From the NCBI GenBank assembly GCA_965216735.1, contig OZ244198.1, positions 3,009,208-3,073,207 on the forward strand: a stretch of 64,000 nt of DNA, given 5' to 3'. How positions within the stretch are numbered: the stretch's first letter is position 1; the number at the start of each line of letters is the position of its first letter. The notes under the pieces were generated by a model. The model ran no database searches. It was not told the DNA's origin and saw only the letters and a list, made by a program, of their open reading frames with translations. Below, in pieces: positions 10,625 to 24,347 of this stretch. Origin of the DNA: Arenicellales bacterium. Its GTDB lineage: Bacteria > Pseudomonadota > Gammaproteobacteria > Arenicellales > CBDCFT01. A program made the translations under genes and the position numbers.

Positions 10625-11008
10625 CTAACTAGCTGAAGTTGTTATCGTTGCCAATAACTTTTCAATCTTTTTATACAAGCGAGTCATATTCACCGGTTTG
10701 GAATCAAAATCATCGCAACCGGATTCGAAGGCGCGATCGCGATCCGAAGCCATAGCGCTGGAAGATAACGCCAATACCGGAACGTGACTCGTTTCCTTAT
10801 TTATTTTTAGTTTTCGCGTTGTTTCCCACCCGTCCATCTCCGGGAGAATTAAATCCATGATAATCAAATCAGGTTTATTTTCTTGCGCCGAAATGAGGCC
10901 TTGTTCACCGGTTTCAGCGATCTCGACATCGTGACCGCGCCGGCGCAGACGGCGCGACAACATATAAGCGTTATCGGCGTTGTCTTCGATGTAGAGTATT
11001 TTCGCCAC
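10625..11008 (-). CDS. Single-domain response regulator (DivK/CheY-like)
   Basis: ILYIEDN, MDLILP, GCDDFDSKP; GTG start at 11008. Confidence 0.9.
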   Translation of the reverse strand: MAKILYIEDNADNAYMLSRRLRRRGHDVEIAETGEQGLISAQENKPDLIIMDLILPEMDGWETTRKLKINKETSHVPVLALSSSAMASDRDRAFESGCDDFDSKPVNMTRLYKKIEKLLATITTSAS

Positions 11009-11018
11009 GGTCTGAAAC

Positions 11019-14000
11019 CTAGTGAACAATCTTTAGCTGCGGACGTTCTTGCAACGAGGTTCGCGCGGGAAAGCGCACAATAAACATCGATCCCCGCCCC
11101 AAGGTGCTCTCCGCCTCAATTTCGCCCCCCATAAGTTCGCACAGACGCTTACATATCGTCAAGCCGAGACCGGTTCCTCCATAACGTCGTGTCGTCGAGT
11201 TATCGGCCTGGGTGAATTCATCGAAAATGGAATTCAGATTCTCCTCATTCATACCGATGCCGGAATCTTTTACCGCGAAGGTTAACCAATCCCCGCCGAT
11301 CGAGACATCTCTATGGACATCCAGCCTAACTGTTCCGTCTTTTGTAAACTTGCACGCATTACTGAGCAGATTGAGTAACACTTGCCGTAACCGGGTTGGA
11401 TCGATGACCATGTCACCGACATCGCCTTTACAATGTGCATAGATACGGTTGCCGTTTTTCTCTGCCAACGGCTCCGAGGTAGAAACGGCTTCGTACACCA
11501 ATGTTTCGACATCGATTTTCTCAGGCGCAATTTCGAGACGACCGGCTTCTATCTTCGACAAATCCAGAATATCGTTAATCAGCTTTAACAAATGCTTGCC
11601 CGCGCCACCGATGCGTTCTAATGGCTCTATGAATTCGTCGTCAATCGACTCTTCCTCGCGAACTTCCTCCAGCAGCATTTCCGTGATCCCGATGACCGCA
11701 TTCAAGGGTGTGCGCAGTTCGTGGCTCATATTGGCAAGAAACTGACTCTTGATCTGAGTTGCCTGTTCCGCTTGGTCCTTAGCTCTTTGCAACGCCAACT
11801 CTGCTTGCTTGCGCACCGTTGTATCGCCCACCGATCCCGCAACTCGGATTACGCGGCCTTTTTTATCGCGAGTTCCGGCTGCCCGCACCTGAAACCAGCG
11901 ATAACTACCGTCGCTGCCACGTATTCGATACTCACAATCAAAGTAGTCCGTCTCACCTTTGAAGTGGGCTTTCATGGCAGCGTAGTGCAAATTAAGATCG
12001 TCCGGGTGAATGAGGTTCAACCAGTCATTCGTGCCCACTAAGCCAACAATCTCATCCGATCCAATCAATTGACGTAGACGCGGAGATACGTACACTTTAT
12101 CTTCTTCGATTTGCCAGTCCCACATGCCTTCGTTCGCGCCTTCCATGGCGAGTGCGTAGCGTTCCTCACTTTCACGATAAGCTTGCTCTACCTCTTTCAA
12201 ATGAGTGATATCAAAATAAGTCAGCATCCGTACACCATCCGGTAAGGCGACGCATTGATAGAGCAGTGTTTTACCGTTCGCCAATGGCATCTCGGTACGC
12301 GGTATATTACCCTTTTGAATAGCGGCAATACGTCGTGCATGATGGGCTTCCCACTCGCTATCGCTAACAAGATAGTGACCTTTGCTTTGGTTGTATCTTC
12401 CTAATTCATCGACAGTGCGATGCTCGTCGAAGAACGAACGTGGAACATTCCACATGTTGCAATAAGCACGGTTTGCGATGACGACGTTTAAGTGCTTATC
12501 GGTGAATAACACACCGTAATCAATGGTATCCAACACTGCTTGGAAACGTTCCAATACTTCATCTTTAGCGGTAATGGCTTCAGCTAGCTCCGCTTCGCGC
12601 TGTTTTAATTCGGTAATATCAAAATAGGTGAGCATACGAACGTTATCGGGTAATGCTACGCATTCGTACAATATTACTCTGCCGTCCGCCGTTATCATCT
12701 CGGTGCGGGGAATACTGCCTTGCTTAATCTTGTTTATTCTGTCGTCATACCACACATCCCAATCTTCCTCTGGTATAACATGCGCGCCGCTATTGCGATG
12801 AAAGTCGAGCAATTCACCAAAAGTGGGGCGCTCACGGATAGTCTGTTCTGTAAGACCCCACATATCGAGAAACGCGCGGTTCGCAATTCGAATACGTAAT
12901 CCCGAATCGGCAAAAATGATTCCATAGTCAATAGCATCCAACACCGCCGAAAAATCGGACAATGCATTGTCTTTGGCAGTATTCGCCTCGGCCAGTTCCA
13001 GTTCCCGCTGTTTTAACTCTGTTACGTCGGTAAAAACGCCAACAATGCCTCCCGACTCCGTGCGCCGTTCGTTGATAGTTATCCATCGACCGTCACTCAG
13101 ATGTTGTAGAAAAGGACCTTCGGGGTTCTGGTGTCGTTGTAAACGTTTATCTATCCACGATTCAATCGGCTCGTCAGTGGGCGCCAGCAATCCTCTACTT
13201 ACCGCACCACGTAGCAGTTCCTCGAAAGTCATACCAGCGCGGGGCAAATCGCTAAAACCCAGAATTTCTTTGTAACGGCTATTGAATACCACCAGGCGGT
13301 CCTGCGCATCGTATAATGAAAAACCTTCCGATATGCTTTCAATGGCATCGGTCAAGCGCGTGCGGGCTTCGTTTATTTCACGCAAATTGGATTGCTCCAC
13401 CTCCACCGCAGTATTGCGGAACACGGTCAGTGCATCCGCCATGCCCCCAAGTTCATCGTTTCCTGCGTCAGGAATCGACGTTTGCAAGTCCCCTCCCGCA
13501 ATGGCACGCATACTGTTACTGAGTGCGGTCAGTCGAGCCACTAAATTTCTGTCTACATAAAACCATACGATCAGCACGGAACTGAGAAGACTGAATAGAA
13601 CTATAATCAACAAAACCCGTCCACTGGTTTTGCGCAACTTGTCAGCTTCCACAGTGGCATCATGAATGTCACTCTTGCTAACACTTACTACTGCTGCAAC
13701 CGCATTTTGTAACTGTTCGGACAATTCGCTGTTTTTCGCCAACAGCCGTTCACTTAAACTGGTCAACGCGAGTTCCCGCAAACGCGTTTCCGGAATATTT
13801 TCACTGCCCTCCACATCGCGGCGTAACTGCTGCACGCTTGGACGAATGCGTTGTTGCAATGCCGGCGATAGTCGCATTACTGCACGCTCCGCCTCAACGA
13901 GGTTCCGTTTTAGTGGAAACACCAACAGTGAAAGGTTTCCGGTATCGGTTTCTGCCGCGGTTTTCCTCAACGAGTCGACAATAACGCTACACAGATTCAT

Positions 14001-14624
14001 GACAGTCTGGGCAGGCAAGCCTTGGCTCACCGCAGCACTTATGCTCAATAACTTCGAATCACTGTCTGGCAAGCTGTCTGTATCGAGTGCCAAGGTCATA
14101 CGCTCGATATCGTTCTCCAACACAAGTATTCGTGGTGTTAACAAGCGTCGAATAGTGACCTGAGTTTGTGTCAGTTTTTGTAACAATGCTTGCATATCCG
14201 TATTTACCCGAAGCCGTTGCGATACTGCATTTTCCAAGGCGCGCAGGTTGCGCAATATACTATCTACATCTTGCTCCAAATGCTGAAGCTGCACGGGTTC
14301 CATTTGACTCGACCTCAACTCGTTCAACAATTTACGTAATTGCTGTGCTTCGTTCTGAACCGCAGTTGTCGTATCTACAAGCTCATCTTTACCTGACACG
14401 GATAAATAAGACGGTGCCGCGGCAACAATGCGTTCGGCCTGGCGCGATAGTTCCAATGCCGCAAAGGAAGTCGGTACACGCTGACCGGTAATACGGTCAT
14501 TTGCCTCGTCAACCTTTATGAAATAGTACATAGCGGACAATGCAGCCAATATCGCAAATGCACTAATGGCGAGAAAGGCGAGTAACAAACGTCCCCGCAC
14601 ACCCATTGATTTACTGGGATTCAT
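11019..14624 (-). CDS. Membrane sensor histidine kinase: helical periplasmic domain, HAMP, several PAS domains, HisKA/HATPase
   Basis: Two TM segments, HAMP ([12 protein letters not shown]), PAS repeats, H-box [17 protein letters not shown]1/F/G2 boxes. Confidence 0.93.
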   Translation of the reverse strand: MNPSKSMGVRGRLLLAFLAISAFAILAALSAMYYFIKVDEANDRITGQRVPTSFAALELSRQAERIVAAAPSYLSVSGKDELVDTTTAVQNEAQQLRKLLNELRSSQMEPVQLQHLEQDVDSILRNLRALENAVSQRLRVNTDMQALLQKLTQTQVTIRRLLTPRILVLENDIERMTLALDTDSLPDSDSKLLSISAAVSQGLPAQTVMNLCSVIVDSLRKTAAETDTGNLSLLVFPLKRNLVEAERAVMRLSPALQQRIRPSVQQLRRDVEGSENIPETRLRELALTSLSERLLAKNSELSEQLQNAVAAVVSVSKSDIHDATVEADKLRKTSGRVLLIIVLFSLLSSVLIVWFYVDRNLVARLTALSNSMRAIAGGDLQTSIPDAGNDELGGMADALTVFRNTAVEVEQSNLREINEARTRLTDAIESISEGFSLYDAQDRLVVFNSRYKEILGFSDLPRAGMTFEELLRGAVSRGLLAPTDEPIESWIDKRLQRHQNPEGPFLQHLSDGRWITINERRTESGGIVGVFTDVTELKQRELELAEANTAKDNALSDFSAVLDAIDYGIIFADSGLRIRIANRAFLDMWGLTEQTIRERPTFGELLDFHRNSGAHVIPEEDWDVWYDDRINKIKQGSIPRTEMITADGRVILYECVALPDNVRMLTYFDITELKQREAELAEAITAKDEVLERFQAVLDTIDYGVLFTDKHLNVVIANRAYCNMWNVPRSFFDEHRTVDELGRYNQSKGHYLVSDSEWEAHHARRIAAIQKGNIPRTEMPLANGKTLLYQCVALPDGVRMLTYFDITHLKEVEQAYRESEERYALAMEGANEGMWDWQIEEDKVYVSPRLRQLIGSDEIVGLVGTNDWLNLIHPDDLNLHYAAMKAHFKGETDYFDCEYRIRGSDGSYRWFQVRAAGTRDKKGRVIRVAGSVGDTTVRKQAELALQRAKDQAEQATQIKSQFLANMSHELRTPLNAVIGITEMLLEEVREEESIDDEFIEPLERIGGAGKHLLKLINDILDLSKIEAGRLEIAPEKIDVETLVYEAVSTSEPLAEKNGNRIYAHCKGDVGDMVIDPTRLRQVLLNLLSNACKFTKDGTVRLDVHRDVSIGGDWLTFAVKDSGIGMNEENLNSIFDEFTQADNSTTRRYGGTGLGLTICKRLCELMGGEIEAESTLGRGSMFIVRFPARTSLQERPQLKIVH

Positions 14625-14670
14625 AGCCGCTTTTCTACATCACCAATACGAATCGATATTACCTTACACA

Positions 14671-15816
14671 TTAATTAACATAGGGTTGGTATGCGCCATC
14701 TTTCCACTGATACCAGATAAAACGGTGTTCGGTAAGATCGCCCTTTTCGGTGAAGGCGATAGGACCTAATACAGTATCAAACGTTTCATCGTGCAAAACG
14801 GCAATCACCTTTTCCGAATTCAACGTACCCGCTTGTTCCACCGCTTGCGCCCAAACCTGTATCGCTGCATAAGTGTGTAAGGTATAGCCTTCGGGTTCAT
14901 AGCCATTGCCACGAAAACGTTGCACGACGTCAGCCGCCGCAGGATGTTCGCGTGGATCGGCACCAAAGGTAAACAACGCCGACTGCCCAGCCATTCCGCT
15001 AATTTCCCAAAAATCAGTATTGTGCAGCGCATCGCCCGAGACTAGTTGAAATTCCAAACCTTGACTGTACGCCTGGCGCATTATCAACCCCGCTTCCCAA
15101 CTGTAACCGCCCAGATACAACACGTCGACTGCGTTGGCCTGTAGCATTTGGATGAGTTCTGAATACTCCCGGGATTGAGGATCATATTGGTCAAATACCG
15201 CCACCTTAATACCTTGCGCGTCTAACTCCTGTTTGGTTTGGTCTGCCAGGCCTTTACCGTAAATCGATCCGTCATGAACTATACCGATAGCGCGATTAGC
15301 GAATTGATTTGCCAAATAATCGCCGGCGATTTGGCCTTGCTGGTCGTCCCGGCCGCAAACGCGAAACACATTATTGAAACCTTGCTCAGTCAACAATGGA
15401 TTAGTCGCCGATGGAGAGATTTGAATAACGCCGGCCGAGTGGTATATCGATGAAGCCGCAATGGAAGCATCTGATCCGCGATGACCGGCGACGAACACCG
15501 CACCGTCATTAACCAATTTGCGCGCAACTGCCGCTGCCTGACCGGGATCGGCCGCGTCGTCTTCGACCGTCAACGCAACTTGCTGGCCCAACAATCCACC
15601 ATTGGCATTGAGATCGGCGACCGCCAACTCGGCGCCCCGGCGGGATTGTTCACCCGCCCATGCCCGTTCTTCGGTCAGCGGCGCAACCGTCGCTATTTTT
15701 ATTTCATCGGCAAAAGACGCACTATTCGTTTGACATAACAGAACGGCTGCTGTTACACCAAAACATCGTTTGAATACCTGACGCAGCACGCCACAGCAAC
15801 ATTGATTTAGTGCCAT
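14671..15816 (-). CDS. LivK/LivJ-type periplasmic solute-binding protein, orphan, co-oriented with the kinase
   Basis: DLNANGGLLG, ISPSATNP, FRVCGRDDQQG; GGAGG RBS before ATG 15816. Confidence 0.88.
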   Translation of the reverse strand: MALNQCCCGVLRQVFKRCFGVTAAVLLCQTNSASFADEIKIATVAPLTEERAWAGEQSRRGAELAVADLNANGGLLGQQVALTVEDDAADPGQAAAVARKLVNDGAVFVAGHRGSDASIAASSIYHSAGVIQISPSATNPLLTEQGFNNVFRVCGRDDQQGQIAGDYLANQFANRAIGIVHDGSIYGKGLADQTKQELDAQGIKVAVFDQYDPQSREYSELIQMLQANAVDVLYLGGYSWEAGLIMRQAYSQGLEFQLVSGDALHNTDFWEISGMAGQSALFTFGADPREHPAAADVVQRFRGNGYEPEGYTLHTYAAIQVWAQAVEQAGTLNSEKVIAVLHDETFDTVLGPIAFTEKGDLTEHRFIWYQWKDGAYQPYVN

Positions 15817-15925
15817 GATTCTTATCCTCCATTTATGATCGTAGCCTAGAACAACTTTCCCGTCCACAAGCGACAAGGTATGCTAGCCGGCAAAACAACG
15901 AGTAATACCCACTACTTTAGTAAAT

Positions 15926-16984
15926 GTGACTCCTACCACCCCAAATTATTCCGCGTGCATATTGATTGCCGACGATAACGACGACGTGCGTTATCAATTA
16001 CGCAGACGTTTAAAAAAGCTGGGTTATAGCAATCTCAGCATTGCCGAAAACGGACAGGAGGCGATCGATAAAATTACTCAAAATAATTATGACCTGGTGT
16101 TATTGGATATTTTAATGCCAGGCATGTCAGGGTACGACGTTTTAAATCATTTACGTGACAAAGGATTGTTAGCGAATCTTCCGGTCATTGTTATATCAGC
16201 GCTTGATGACCTCGACAGCACCGTGCGTTGTCTGCAAATCGGCGCGGAAGATTATCTACCAAAACCGTTTAACGCCACCTTGCTGGAGGCACGGATTCGC
16301 GGAACACTGGAAAAGAAACGACTTCGCGACGAAGTTCATCAACAACTCAGTGTAATCCGGGAAGTTTTTGGTCGTTACGTGCCGGATAAAGTGGTCGAAC
16401 AAATCGTAGCCGGCCGTGGCATTTTACGCCCCACTAAAACCGTGGCCACCATCTTGTATACGGATATCGCGAACTTCACTAGCATTGCGGAAAACAAACC
16501 GCCGGAACAGGTGGTGGAAATGTTAAATGAATATTTTGCCACGGTGATCGAACCCATTCTACGATTCGGTGGAACAGTGAACCAGTTCCAAGGCGATGCC
16601 ATGTTGGTGACATTCAACGTTCCTTCGCCCGATGAGTGTCATGCAGATAATGCCATTGAGGCTGCACTCGCAATTCACCATGTGCACCGCCACCAAACCT
16701 TTGCTGGTGTCTCCTTGGAAACAAGAATCGGTATCAACACCGGCGAAGTGATTGCAGGTAATGTGGGTTCCGGCGAACGCATGAATTACACCGTACACGG
16801 CGACGCGGTAAATCTCGCCGCCCGGCTGGAACAGCTTAATAAGAACTACGACACCACTATCTTAATATCACAAGCTACGGTCGATGAGTTGTCCGATCAA
16901 AGCGTAACTCGTTTGGTAGATGAAGTGAATGTTAGCGGCAAATCGAAAAGGGTCACGGTTTACACCATCCGACAAAAAATATAG
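15926..16984 (+). CDS. Receiver domain-class III adenylate/guanylate cyclase
   Basis: Receiver (DD, LLDILMP, LPKPF) plus cyclase motifs TDIANFT, GDAM, RIGINTG, GDAVNLAARLEQ. Confidence 0.92.
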   Translation: MTPTTPNYSACILIADDNDDVRYQLRRRLKKLGYSNLSIAENGQEAIDKITQNNYDLVLLDILMPGMSGYDVLNHLRDKGLLANLPVIVISALDDLDSTVRCLQIGAEDYLPKPFNATLLEARIRGTLEKKRLRDEVHQQLSVIREVFGRYVPDKVVEQIVAGRGILRPTKTVATILYTDIANFTSIAENKPPEQVVEMLNEYFATVIEPILRFGGTVNQFQGDAMLVTFNVPSPDECHADNAIEAALAIHHVHRHQTFAGVSLETRIGINTGEVIAGNVGSGERMNYTVHGDAVNLAARLEQLNKNYDTTILISQATVDELSDQSVTRLVDEVNVSGKSKRVTVYTIRQKI

Positions 16985-17028
16985 TGCGCAACATATTGCG
17001 CCCCACTTTAATTACGAACAGATACGAA

Positions 17029-17427
17029 CTACTCCACCCGTTTGTTTTCTCCGTGGAGAATAACTAACAATGTGCAACCGTTTTCGGTCGCAGAAAAATG
17101 CCGGGAGCCCGGTTTGTAACTCACAAAGTCGCCGGTTCTGAATACAGTACCATCGCAATCGGTCATTTCGCCGTCAAGCAAATAGAATTCCTCGCCACCG
17201 GTATGAATATGCGGCGTGGATTTCACGCCCGGCTTCATGCGCAATACAAAACTCTCGTAGCCTTCTTGCGCATTGCCACTTAACGGCAGCCAATCCATAT
17301 CCGGATTAGGCGCACCGTAACGGTCATAAGGCCGGAACACGGTGTCGGCCGTTGAAGTTATTTTTCTGTCTGCAGAACCTAAGATACTTTGTTCTATTTT
17401 CAAGCTACTTTCTTTTTTGTTTGGCAC
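17029..17427 (-). CDS. Cupin (ChrR-like) protein
   Basis: PHIHTGGEEFYLLDG and PGSRH cupin motifs. Confidence 0.85.
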   Translation of the reverse strand: MPNKKESSLKIEQSILGSADRKITSTADTVFRPYDRYGAPNPDMDWLPLSGNAQEGYESFVLRMKPGVKSTPHIHTGGEEFYLLDGEMTDCDGTVFRTGDFVSYKPGSRHFSATENGCTLLVILHGENKRVE

Positions 17428-17429
17428 AA

Positions 17430-18309
17430 TTACGCTCTTACCCGCTCTTTCTGCGGATCGTAGAACGGAAACGGCACGACGGTCGTTAGTATGCGTTTTT
17501 GGTACCCGTCGAGTTTACCTACCTCGACTTTTGTACCGATTTCGGAATGGGCAATGTCCATTCGGCACAAGGCGATGTTCTTTTTCAAAATAGGTGAGCG
17601 CATCGCACTAGTGATAACACCGACTTGAGGGCGGCCGACATGCACACAATCGGCATGTGCCGCCGCTTCGTTGCCTTCCAGTTCAAGTCCGACCAGTTTG
17701 CGCACCGGTTTTGACTTCATAAGATTGCGCTGTCGCGGCATTGATTCGAAAATCCAGGCGCGGATCGGCTAACGGTTCCGGTAATGGGATATCATTCGGA
17801 TCAGAAATGTCGGCGCGTTTTACGACAACGGACAAATCGGTTGGCGGATTTTGTCGATCGATATCCATCTTGTCACCAGGCGCGCCGATCAAGCAACAGA
17901 CATAGTCTTGCACATGGTAAGTAACACGTTCGCCGGCTTCGCTATTTTCGTGAAAAAATCGAAACGCTTGTTTACCCTCCAGCGAAATGTTTCGCCGTTT
18001 CAACCCTCCCCGCACGATTGCGGCACTTTCGCCACCATTACTAAGCATTTGTTGCAACCGATCAGCGCTGTTATTGGCATTGATACCGACAGCGGATAAT
18101 GCTTCCCGGCCTGATTTATCGAATAAAATTAGATCGCCAATTTGATGACCATAGGGAGTAGTGAATTCGACCTCATCATCGGGTTGCAAATCGATAACAA
18201 TACAACCCGTCGCTGGAACACGGTATTGTTCATACCCAGGCTGCATGAGGGCAAGACCAGACTCTCTTCGCCTCACTGAGTTATTGGGTGGATAAATACC
18301 AACATTCAT
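17430..18309 (-). pseudogene. tdm: Internally deleted TMAO demethylase-like gene (DUF1989 N-terminus + GcvT C-terminus)
   Basis: N-terminal ~200 aa ending PLPEPLADPRLDFRINAATAQSYEVK joined out of frame to RKLVGLELEGNE...GKLDGYQKR...FYDPQKERVRA; central part missing. Confidence 0.78.
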
Positions 18310-18515
18310 TAGGATTTATCCCTTCTTGCCTGGCTGTGAATATTGCACATAATGTATGTCGCATGATTTCTGAATTTAATAAATACAACCAATATAATTG
18401 TAGATTAATATTCTCGCATCAGTACTCAAATAACGCACACGGGCTGGTATCTCAATAGCGGTAGACCATTTATTATTTTTCTCCATCCAATTCTAATAGC
18501 ATACAACACAGAACC

Positions 18516-19667
18516 GTGCCAAGCAGGACTCTGAATCAAGACCAACAAATAGGCAAGTTTTCTGGCCAATTAGACCGAGCATCGCCGGATAACGATGTAT
18601 TACAAGCAATAAATACGTTGCAGGTTCAGTTGTTGGCCAACCCGGAAAGCACCGAACCGTTCGCCGACTTGGTAGTTTATCTCGCGCATAAACTAAAATT
18701 TCGTCATTGCTCTATTGTCCGGTTTTCACAACCTCAGTTTGGACCCAAAACCTTAGCATCGACGGGAAGCGACGAATACCGGGTGTCACTCGAATCGATG
18801 ATTCACAATTATAAAGAAGAATTGCTAAAGGCCTCGGATCACGACAACACGCTTGCCTCGTCGGATCTGACTGTTACCTGGCACCCTATCACATATGCGC
18901 ACTCAATTATTGGTGGCATTGTTGTTGAGCAAGGCGACAATTCCAAAGCCACAACCCATGTGTTAAATATGGTTTGCTCATACTTGGGTGACACCCTGAT
19001 CAGCCTGAACCTTTCCCAGCAAAATAGACGTCATGATCTATATGAAGAACGAGCTGCCATTTCTCGTGAGCTGCATGATTCACTAGCCCAATCTTTGACC
19101 TATCTAAAAATTCAGGCGTCACGCTTGCAAGCGTTGCTGTCTAGAACCGAAATGTCCAGGCAAAGCGGTGGAGAATCAATCGACAACGTGCTCAGTGACT
19201 TAAGAGAAAATATATCCACTGCCTACCAGCAGTTACGCGATTTGATGACTACGTTTCGCTTAACCATGCACGGCAAAACATTCAACGATGCGGTAGATGA
19301 ATCGGTCCAAGAATTTGGAGCACGCAGCACTATTGCATTCAAACTGGATAATCGCTTGCCATTGCATTGTCTGGATGTGGATGAAGAAATGCAGGTGTTA
19401 AAAATAATCCGCGAAGCCTTATCCAACATAGTCAGACATTCCCATGCATCTCGTGCGGCGCTGCAACTATGGAGCGATAACGGGCGTGTGTTCATTACTA
19501 TCGAAGATGATGGCGTAGGCACGTCAACGGCTTTAAAACGCGCGCAGCATCACGGCTTAATCATTATGCAGGAACGCATTCAAAATTTAGACGGCAATTT
19601 TCAAGTCGTAACAGCGGATATGGGCGGGACTAAAATAACCGCTAGCTTTGTACCAAATAAAACTTGA
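18516..19667 (+). CDS. Soluble NarX/NarQ-like HisKA_3 histidine kinase (GAF-like N-terminus, no TM or periplasmic nitrate sensor)
   Basis: EERAAISRELHDSLAQSL, AYQQLRDLMTTFRL, REALSNIVRHS, DDGVG; no hydrophobic segments. Confidence 0.88.
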   Translation: MPSRTLNQDQQIGKFSGQLDRASPDNDVLQAINTLQVQLLANPESTEPFADLVVYLAHKLKFRHCSIVRFSQPQFGPKTLASTGSDEYRVSLESMIHNYKEELLKASDHDNTLASSDLTVTWHPITYAHSIIGGIVVEQGDNSKATTHVLNMVCSYLGDTLISLNLSQQNRRHDLYEERAAISRELHDSLAQSLTYLKIQASRLQALLSRTEMSRQSGGESIDNVLSDLRENISTAYQQLRDLMTTFRLTMHGKTFNDAVDESVQEFGARSTIAFKLDNRLPLHCLDVDEEMQVLKIIREALSNIVRHSHASRAALQLWSDNGRVFITIEDDGVGTSTALKRAQHHGLIIMQERIQNLDGNFQVVTADMGGTKITASFVPNKT

Positions 19668-19671
19668 AGAC

Positions 19672-20334
19672 ATGACCACCCTGTCCAATCGCTATCGTGT
19701 GGTGGTCATCGACGATCATCCGTTGTTTCGAAAAGGCGCTGCCCAATTGTTGGAAATGGATGCGAATTTCGAACTGGTTGGTGAGGCCACCAATGGTGAG
19801 GACGGTATTTTAATGATCAAGGATTTAAAGCCTGATTTGGTACTGCTCGATCTCAATATGAAAGGCATGAACGGTATTGAAGTGTTGGATGCCTTAAAAT
19901 CATCGGACGACTTGAATTCGCTCGTCATCGTGCTGTCGGTATCGGATCACCAACAAGATATTGTTAAGGCACTCCGCAAAGGAGCTGACGGTTATCTTTT
20001 GAAAGATATGGAACCCGAAGACCTGCTGACCAAACTTCATCAGGCAATACAAGGCGACGTAGTGCTGGATGAAACCGTTTCGAAATTGTTGGGTAATGCA
20101 ATGCGGGGAAATGTCGTGGTTGCAGAACAAGAACAGGTGAGCCTAACGAAACGTGAGTCGGAAATTCTCGGACTCATCGCCAGCGGCCTACCCAACAAAC
20201 TCATTTCGCAGGAGCTGGATATTAGCGAAGGCACGGTTAAAGTACACGTCAAAAATTTGTTACGCAAACTTCGCTTAAGATCCCGCCTCGAAGCTGCCGT
20301 GTGGGCCATCGAACGAGGCTATGGAAAATCCTAG
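19672..20334 (+). CDS. NarL/NarP-like response regulator
   Basis: DDHPLFRKG, GADGYLLKDMEPEDL, LuxR HTH ISEGTVKVHVKNLLRKL. Confidence 0.92.
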   Translation: MTTLSNRYRVVVIDDHPLFRKGAAQLLEMDANFELVGEATNGEDGILMIKDLKPDLVLLDLNMKGMNGIEVLDALKSSDDLNSLVIVLSVSDHQQDIVKALRKGADGYLLKDMEPEDLLTKLHQAIQGDVVLDETVSKLLGNAMRGNVVVAEQEQVSLTKRESEILGLIASGLPNKLISQELDISEGTVKVHVKNLLRKLRLRSRLEAAVWAIERGYGKS

Positions 20335-20461
20335 ATGTTCACATCCGGAGAACACTTATTAAATTACAATGCATGTCTAACACCTATTGGGTATAGGTAG
20401 ATCGCCGGTCATCGTAAGATGATTAAAGACCGATACTGAAATCAAGGCTAGGGCAATACTA

Positions 20462-21775
20462 TTGAAAGCTTATAAGGGACTACAAGAACCCATTGCTATC
20501 GATTCCGATGTTCACACGATACTGGACACGCTTCCGCAAATTGTTTACCAAACCGACAATAGTGGAGCGTGGATTTACCTCAGCAATGCCTGGACGCGGA
20601 TCACCGGATTGCCTATTAAGGAATGTTTAGGACGGCCACAGATAGATTCATTGCATCCCGAGGATGCTGATAGATATCAAAAGATGCTATCTATACTGTT
20701 ACAGAATACGGATACCGACCACGCGGATACCTTACGGTTTCTCACCCGAGACAATGGTTATGTCTGGTTGGAATGCCACGCACGTTCGCATTTCAGTGAC
20801 AGGTCAGGTGATATTGAAATTGTAGGCACATTGTCTAATATTACGGATCGCGTCGACGAAGAGGCATTACTGCTCGCCCATCACCGAACACTCAGCGGTA
20901 TGCTTAATGATCTACCAGGCATGGCGTACCGCTGCCGTAATAATCCCGACTGGACCATGGAATACGTCAGCGCCGGCAGTCTTGAGTTAACCGGCTATCT
21001 CCCCGAAGATGTCATAAATAGCAAAACACTGTCTTATGGAAGTCTGATTCATCCTGACGATAGCCAGTTTGTGTGGAGCGAAGTACAAAGTGCACTCAGG
21101 GAGAACCGGCGTTTCGAAATGAATTACCGCATCGTCACCGCGGATGGTGCAATTAAATGGGTGTGGGAAAATGGCAAGGGTATTTATTCCCCAGGGCAGG
21201 AATTACTGGGTTTGGAAGGGATAATAATCAATATCAAGAAGCAACACGAAAAGAACGATCTCAGTAATACTGAAAGCACTTTATACGATCCTCTGACCAA
21301 TACGCCTGGTCTTGCGCTGTTTAAAGACCGTATTAATCAGACAAAACTGGAAAGGCGTCCAACTGGCAAGGCATGCAGCATCTTACTGTGTTTAAATCTG
21401 AACCATTTTCAACGGGTAGTGGAAAAATACTCACCCGAATTATTGTCAAACGCGCACATCGATATCGTTGAAAGGCTTGTGTCCACATTGGAGCCCGCGG
21501 ATTCGATATGCTGCTTATCCAACACTCGCTTCGCGGTGTTGATGAAACGCGATCCAGCCGGGCTCGATGAGTTTTGTCGACAGCTTCAGGATTTGTTTTT
21601 GCAGCCTTTGCACATTGCCGGAAATACAATTTTTGTCACCCTCAGCATAGGAGCGGTGATTAACCTGCAAAACGCAACCGCTGCTGACGATCCATTGGGT
21701 AAAGCTCTGGTACTCATGAACAATGCTAGTGAATTGGGCGACGGACATTACGAAGTGACCGGATACCGCGATTGA
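20462..21775 (+). CDS. PAS-PAS-degenerate GGDEF protein
   Basis: Two PAS_3-like domains, YDPLTNTP start of a GGDEF fold, but active site reads LSNTRF. Confidence 0.8.
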   Translation: MKAYKGLQEPIAIDSDVHTILDTLPQIVYQTDNSGAWIYLSNAWTRITGLPIKECLGRPQIDSLHPEDADRYQKMLSILLQNTDTDHADTLRFLTRDNGYVWLECHARSHFSDRSGDIEIVGTLSNITDRVDEEALLLAHHRTLSGMLNDLPGMAYRCRNNPDWTMEYVSAGSLELTGYLPEDVINSKTLSYGSLIHPDDSQFVWSEVQSALRENRRFEMNYRIVTADGAIKWVWENGKGIYSPGQELLGLEGIIINIKKQHEKNDLSNTESTLYDPLTNTPGLALFKDRINQTKLERRPTGKACSILLCLNLNHFQRVVEKYSPELLSNAHIDIVERLVSTLEPADSICCLSNTRFAVLMKRDPAGLDEFCRQLQDLFLQPLHIAGNTIFVTLSIGAVINLQNATAADDPLGKALVLMNNASELGDGHYEVTGYRD

Positions 21776-21926
21776 TTCTCTATCGCTGTGCAATACCGTG
21801 CTCCAACCTGATATCTGCACAACCGGTCCGTCAGCCTCAATTGACGCTGCTATCATAAACCACGAACGTGAAATCCTTTGCACATCACGCAAGCAAACAC
21901 GGCGAATCACGAATTTGGGCCCGCGC

Positions 21927-22000
21927 TACCACCAACTAGGTATGGTCAGCCAACACGTAACATGATTCTCTTGACTTCACGTATCAGGAAAACTTAGCTT
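21927..22000 (+). promoter_or_regulatory. Putative tmd promoter with NarL-type 7-2-7 site
   Basis: TACCACC-AA-CTAGGTA (21927-21942) upstream of TTGACT (21971) N18 TAGCTT. Confidence 0.45.
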
Positions 22001-22022
22001 ATCTTAGAGTTTCCTTTCTTAA

Positions 22023-24266
<2,244 letters not shown>

Positions 24267-24322
24267 TCGATTCGCAAATCGCGAGGTCGGAAATACCGGC
24301 CCGCATGCAACGCGACAGACCA

Positions 24323-24347
24323 CGTCAGCGCCCATTGGGCGCTGACG
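24323..24347. other. Perfect GC-rich hairpin in the tmd-downstream spacer
   Basis: CGTCAGCGCCCA-T-TGGGCGCTGACG, no U-tract. Confidence 0.7.
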
